NCBI GenBank assembly: GCA_040954595.2
Contig: CM082576.2
Span: 16,167,028 to 16,231,027 of the forward strand
Direction of reading: 5' to 3'
From: Balanoglossus misakiensis
Lineage: Eukaryota > Animalia > Hemichordata
DNA: 64,000 nucleotides
Shown: positions 57,350 through 64,000 of the stretch, piece by piece
Layout of the letters: each line of letters starts with the position of its first letter
Numbering within the stretch: position 1 is the stretch's first letter
Made by a program: the position numbers and the translations under genes
The notes under the pieces: generated by a model
Told to the model about the DNA's origin: nothing
The model's database searches: none
Seen by the model: only the letters and a program-made list of their open reading frames with translations

Positions 57350-58232
57350 CTATACGTACATATTGTCTAATGATGCAATAGATTCGACGCAACCGGAATC
57401 AGGGATCAACTCCCAAGTACCATCTTTGAGGACGTAGAGGGAGTCCAATTTCTTCCCAATTCCATATATGTCACTGTTTGGCTGTATGGCAATATCCTTG
57501 ACATTTACACCGGATGACTTATACAGACTCCAGGTTGAGGATAAACCATCGCGAACCTTCAGTGACCCTTTTGGAGTGACGCCGAGTATTCGACCATCTG
57601 GGAAGACATCTGCAGCAACCACTCCGAGGCTGTGGGGGACGTCGACCCAATCGCTGTTCAAGTCTGCACGATGCACCAGCTTCTCGTCCTTGTGAACGCC
57701 CAGGATGGAACCGTCTGCCATGAAGGCGACATCTTTAATGCAGCAACTGTTCTCAACGGGCCCTTGCCATTCACCGACATTTGGCGCCACTTTGTAGTAC
57801 AACTCTCGGTCTTTCACACCCAGTACAAACTCGTCATCACGTATCGCCACGTCATCCACGCAGCAGGTACCTTCAGCCAAATGCCAATTGCCGTCATGGT
57901 GACTACGTGTAACCAGGTTGCCATCACAGTCAGCCCCGAGCATTCTAGTTGCTGAAAGACAAAACAGCGTGGTGAACATCCGATATAACTCGCCAACCTA
58001 AAAAAAATATTGATTTAGAGGGAGCAAATGGAATGGATGGCCCCCACCCTACTTCCCGCCCTCCCTCGTTCCCTCCCTCCCTCCATCTAAACCATCACAA
58101 GGCCCACCCCGTGACACACATGCTGGCATTCCCTCAGTCACAGCGTAATATCAGAGTTTAATACCTACATCCACAATCTCCAAGACAAATCCACAGTTGG
58201 ATTATCAGTAGAGAGGCACAAATTCGCCACAT
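57350..58232 (-). CDS. Secreted tectonin/tachylectin-like beta-propeller repeat protein, paralog A (221 aa)
   Basis: Signal exon 58232-58169 (MWRICASLLIIQLWICLGDCG, donor gtaggt) joins exon 57951-57350. It aligns end to end with the 53711 gene (GVVAADVFPDGRILGVT vs GVVAVDVHPDGRIFGVT; IPDSGCVESIAS vs IPDTECVESIAS). AATAAA at ~57220-57240. Confidence 0.82.
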
Positions 58233-59469
58233 ATTTCTGGAATGTTCTTGATTTCTGCAAAATAATAGACCATATGAACTTCAAACAGCAATTACACACA
58301 ATACTCTTATTCGGTTCAAACAACTGTTTCTGTAAACACAAATTTGAAACCTGTCTTTTCGTCAACCTTTCACCAATAGCATGGACTACTTGACGTGTAT
58401 AGATACTGCATTATCGAAGCTATGGAAAGACTGTCACTTACCTCGCAGATTCAGGCAGCACCGACTAGACTATGGTGAATCTCTCTAAGAAATTCGGATG
58501 TTGTGATCATGCGTAGATTTTTTGTGTTAATATAGCATTTGCTATAAAAAAGATTTGCATATATAAAAACGTGCTATATAAAGTAATCTAAAAATACTCG
58601 TGGAAAAGAAAGTTCGACAATAGACATTTTTAAAAGCTGGCATACGGCTTGCTCAATAAATCACAGTAATTTACTACAGAATTCAAAATAGCTGCAACAA
58701 GCGCCAAACTAGAAACACCGTATTTCTTTCATGTACGCAACGCGTTATCTCTAAAATTGTAACAACGTCACAATTTAGTAGACAAAGAGGCGCCCCATCC
58801 CAATTGCGCAGTCATGAGTTGAAGTAGAGCGAGACATGAACAGAAAGAGGTAGGAGACTCGACTCTACACAGACGACGAGAGTTGTCTAGCGTGTCGAAC
58901 GCTGCTCTACGAAGCTCGTAGTTACCTTTTGACTGGGACATTTGTGCTTGAACGGACTGGGTTCCTCCCGATGGGTTCTTGCCGATTGCCGCACGCTGGC
59001 GGGTATGAAAGTGGATATATACTAATCATGAACGCCTAACAAACACGTTTAAAAAGCCAGATGTGAAAAAAAATCACGTGGCGTCCGCTGCTGGGCGCGA
59101 TGACTCGTCAACGTTATTTTTCAAACAATGTAACCTGTCACGCTGAGTTCATATATTTTGCTGCCACAAACAACAAGTTAATGCGTAGGTCGAGAAAGTT
59201 CTCAAGCGGCCGGGTGATCGCTACAAGGTTAGCGGCGGCCTCGCACGCCCGAATTTGCCACAAAACTATCAGTCCACACAGTAATGCGGTTCAAACTCTT
59301 CCGTCGTATTTTAATATTTCAACAACACAAATTCAGAACACTGTTTCTGGCGAAATTTCAAACAGAAAACTGGATGCTAACGTCATGATTTCATTAAAAT
59401 CGATACTTTAATTATATTTCGTGAGATTGATGGACGATGTTTCTCAAACCGTTTTCATCGCATATTTTT

Positions 59470-60500
59470 TGTTTTATAAACTTTTTTATTCGAGTCACAA
59501 CATGGAAAGATTCCATATATCACTGTCAGAAATGTCAATCAAAAAGATTACAACATGATCAATGCTTCAGTGTAAGTTACAAATCATAGTTGTGGACCAG
59601 TTAGTTTCAGATATTTTCCCCATTTCTTTATGTGATTATTCAGTTTGTTTGTTTTCTATTTGCAATGAATAATTCTGTCTTCTATATCTGCTGAACATAA
59701 TTCATAAAATCATAAAGTTAAGCTCCTTTTTGTTACATCTCACAATATAAAAATATCTCTTTGCAGCTATAGTAAAAGAAAATTAAAATCTTCGGAATCT
59801 GCGAATTTCCGAGCAACACTGTCTCTGGATTTAGAGCGGAAACCCAGCCCTTTTCCAAATGTATCACAGAACATTCTCCAGAATCGGCTAACATGCCTAC
59901 AGTGAAATAAACAGATGAATAAACGTTCCCTCGCCGTGTGCACAAAAAGTGCAAGCACTCGAGGGAGCTCATTTTGTTAAGCATTACATTTGTTACTTGT
60001 AAGGATATAATGTGACAACTTCCACTGGAATTCGCGTAGTTTTGTGTCCAATGTTAACTGAAAAGGAGCCTGATAAATGTATTCCCACTGTCGAATGAGA
60101 CTGTTCAGGGTGTTTATGAAAAAATATTTCTTATCGAGGAGAAATAAAGTAATGTTTGACAATACCAGCTACAATACGCTTAGTGGTACATTCACTGACA
60201 TGATATTGAGTGCTTTTGTGTCACTGAAAAGGATACGGAGCATGCCTTCATCTTTACCCATTGTAAAAGTTGACATATCAGCAGTCTTTTTTCCAATCAG
60301 CTGGCAATGCTGACATCAAAGCATACCATCTTAGAAGAATGCTGGTTTGTTTCACCCTTTTGCAGTGGAAAACAACGTGCTCTCATTTTAAGTAATACTA
60401 TGTTCCCGGTGGTATCGAAAAGGTGTCCAATATATTTGAAACCGAATGCGTACAATTCTTTAAAACATGTGCTTTTTCCCCGCAACTAAACTATTTTCAT
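59470..60500 (-). mobile_element. 5'-truncated, degenerate L1/Tx1-type LINE 3' end (zf-RVT region)
   Basis: Broken frames give W..IYQAPFQLTLDTKLREFQWKLSHYILTSNK, (E)RLFICLFHCRHVSRFW and LNPETVLLG. AATAAA and an A-rich tail lie at ~59490-59465. Confidence 0.75.
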
Positions 60501-61822
60501 TGTTTAAAAAATGAGTCTTACAAAGAAATTAAACCTCCAGGCAAAAATAGTGTCATGTAAAGTCAGTTAATCTGCTTAAAGTATACGATGACAAGGGGGC
60601 AAAACCCCATGTTTGTTAATGGTGTTTCATTTTTTACAGAACACTGTAAATCTTCCAGGACCATTTGGTCGGTCGATAACGTTCTTGATGGAAGATATCA
60701 GAAACAGTTGTCGGTGCGTCCAGCCATTCTCTTATTCTTCAGAAATGAGTGGTCGAATTTTATTACACACAATGCAACCACTACAAATGTACAATGTGAT
60801 TTGATAAACTATTAGCAAGAATTGTAATGGTGTAAATTCGATATTTTCCAAATCATATTGAAGAGTTTGCACCAAGACACATACATAGTCCATGGACGCA
60901 CGCAGACACACATACATACACATACAAAACTCGGTACATATCTGGATGTCCAAAATGCTTGCACAGAAATGAGCAAATAAATAAATACACGTCGTACTAT
61001 ATCAAAAGGGGATCCTGACACCTGGTTTGGAAAAAAAACAGATGTCATGTCAACTTGCTTGACAGAAACACCCAAATAATTATTTTAGATGTCGACACTT
61101 TCAGTCAACATAATACCATGTAACAGCCGTAGAATGAGTTATTCTTACTTGCATGAATGTTTTACCTAAATATTGCACTGTGATAAGTGTTGCCCATATC
61201 GTCGGTGTTACCCATAAAGCGCAGCGACACCCTGCAGTATCTAAGGCCAAAGGTCAGCTCACTGAAGCTATTGAGATTAAACATATTAGCTTCTGGATGC
61301 AGATCTACAAACCAAACGGGAAAAATTGTCGAGTTTTCGAGACGAGACTTATCCCATCAAGTTCCGTGTAGCGCTGTAATCATAGATATGGTACAGTATA
61401 CAGTGTATGCACAGTTCAAAAGTGAACTACAGTAAGACAGCGGCAGACTAGATAGACATATTGATGGATGGGTGGGTTGGTGACTGTGTGCAGGGATGGA
61501 CAGACAGACAGACAGACAGACATATACACAGGTAGACATATTTATGGCGCTCACACGGAAACCATTGAACGTTTATGAAACGCACGTCTCAACTCAAATA
61601 CTGGCATAAATTATTATGTGTGAACAGTTTAAGTGGTCCTGGAACGTTTCATGTTTGAAAAGGCATTGTTGGCCGTTCAGACCTGGGCTGGTTAAAAGAA
61701 TTAATACCTCCCCGTGGCACACTGTCTATGAGACCGCCAGAGTCTATGTTTGTGTGTGATACTCTGTCTTTACAAATGGCAAAATAGTGTAACTGAAACG
61801 CTATAGTGTGTGTGTGCGTGTG

Positions 61823-61845
61823 TAGATAGATAGATAGATAGATAT

Positions 61846-61878
<33 letters not shown>
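61823..61878. repeat. (AGAT)n microsatellite
   Basis: Seen directly. Confidence 0.95.
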
Positions 61879-61879
<1 letters not shown>

Positions 61880-62168
61880 TTGTTTGTTTGTTTCGACCAT
61901 AAGGGATGCTTACATGAGCATTGATGAACGTTTACCTCCGAGTTTAATTTACTGCAGTGTGTCGTGCATTTGATCTCTCGAAAGTGGTCGAGGTCAGGGG
62001 TCAATTCACCCGATGGCAGAGGCACTACACATCAATACATAATCAGGCACCTTTTGGTTTTCTCTGAAATGGTGAAAGGTGGCTTTTACTAGTTGACCGT
62101 TTTAGAATGAAAAAGCAGACAGTTGCCATAAATTCTGTGTCCCGTGTCCATAAATTGCGTATCCCCCC

Positions 62169-62435
<267 letters not shown>

Positions 62436-63442
62436 ACAAATTAACGACGACGACCATGATTATGATGACGATGCCAATTTCTGTTCAGATACAGAATCGA
62501 ACAGAAATTCATTGTTCGTTTTGCATTAATAATTCCAAAGGTACAGGACACATAGAGCAAAATATAAATATTTACATAAACTGAAATGCTAAACACAACC
62601 AACGCAACCTTATAAACCACAAAAATGTTCGTTCCTTAGTCCGAAGGTAAATAATGATTGTGCATAATACACCACTCGTTGGAAATGACCGCAGTCTTGA
62701 CCAAGATCTGCCCATAGGAAGCACTAAAATAATACCATGTCATATATTATTGACTTCCGTGTGAAACGTCAAACAAGTAACAACATGCATAAAACCAATG
62801 TAACATTTAAATACCATGTAGAAATTAAGTCGAATAACACGTTTCAGAAAATCGATAATAAACAACATTACAAGTCTGTACAAATCTGAGAAGCGGTTAT
62901 CGTAAATACTAATATTGGTGATGTGGACGGTTATATTTGATTACGGCAAGTCTTTTTTAACGAGCGTTGAATTCAAGGGATATAATCATAACCAAGTTCT
63001 CCTGAAAATTGGTGGGGTAAAATGACTGATTTATTAATGATATTACAATATGCACATGGCCGTCGACTTTCAATCATGTGACGATTGAATGACATGTGAT
63101 TAAAAAAAATACAAGTGCCTATTATATTGTTCTTTCGAGTTCCTGAGAAAATCTTGAAAAAGATAACATTACAAATGAATTACATGTATTAGATTATCTA
63201 ACAGGCAATTAATAGAAACAATAATAATGACAAAAAGAATGACAAACAAAAATAATGACAAACACTCTTAATGAATAATCCACACCTCCACTAATACGAG
63301 AACCAGGAATTGAAAAGGGTGGCTTATATGATAACATATAAAACTGTCAAATTCAAATTTCCAGATGACGGGCAACTTCAGCAACGTGGTACAGGCAAAG
63401 ACTGCGGGCGAAACTCAACGAGGCTAAGAATAAGGCTCCATA

Positions 63443-63590
63443 TCTGATACAAGTTTCGTTTCTATCGGTTCTAAAGTAAAAACATACTCGGAAAAACTTT
63501 TACTGGATGCCGAAAAATAGCTTGCCCGTTACCTGGAAATGACAGCGCCATGGGACACATGGCCAGATCACGTGATTAATAGTAAAGAAT
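63443..63590 (+). repeat. Dispersed repeat, copy 2 (see 52365-52525)
   Basis: Direct similarity to copy 1. Confidence 0.7.
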
Positions 63591-64000
63591 TGCCAAGATT
63601 GTCGAAGTACAGTAGAAATAAACTCTTGTTCTCTGTTTAGCAGCAGGAATAGGGCCAAATCACCCCAAGCACCAACAGGATGTTCATGAAAATAATATAT
63701 TCATGCCACACATCTGTTTTGAATTTGAGTCCAGAAAACAATCGTGGTCGCGTAAGTCAATTTTGATTGGTATTACACGTATTTTGACTCATAAACATAC
63801 CCAAAAGTAACTGCAGGGTGGCGCTTTTGAATGGTGTTTGTTTATCTTTGCGTTCTCACTGCATATTTGCGTCGGAGCGCTGGCCCAGCACTGGCCCTGA
63901 CCCACCTCTCATCGCCGTCGCAAATTAACACCGGCGCAGCACCGGTGTAAATCGTTCTCACTTACTTTTTTCCGTCGGAGTTGAATCTGGGCCGGTGTAG

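Noticed and set aside
53711-57979. The two propeller exons as parts of one gene
   Set aside because: Each has its own signal exon, stop codon and AATAAA, and no phase-compatible donor was found at the end of the 57350 exon.

Overview
AT-rich, intron-rich animal genomic DNA. The gene content suggests a marine invertebrate deuterostome such as a hemichordate or echinoderm, but this is inference only. Six genes were spliced by hand. (1) The 3' two-thirds of an EML5/EML6 HELP/WD40 gene (+, 25 exons, one GC-AG intron). (2) A two-exon TEX55/C3orf30-like gene (-). (3) A 13-exon, ~1250-aa Rel/NF-kB gene (+) with an unusual architecture: RHD-IPT-NLS, an activation-like linker, then ZU5-UPA-Death, and no ankyrin repeats. 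It carries a PIDD1/UNC5CL-type HF/T autoproteolysis motif and an IkB-type DSGxxS degron. (4) A small Shisa-like membrane protein gene (+). (5, 6) Two tandem paralogous secreted tectonin/tachylectin-like repeat genes (-); one has GTG where the other has ATG. Non-coding DNA holds many MITEs (Kolobok-, Tc1/pogo-, piggyBac- and Harbinger-type), LINE remnants, two degenerate copies of a hammerhead-ribozyme repeat, a 38-bp minisatellite and microsatellites. The main candidate new system is the Rel-ZU5-UPA-DD protein, a possible self-cleaving, ankyrin-free NF-kB precursor. All calls come from reading the sequence; no database searches were run.
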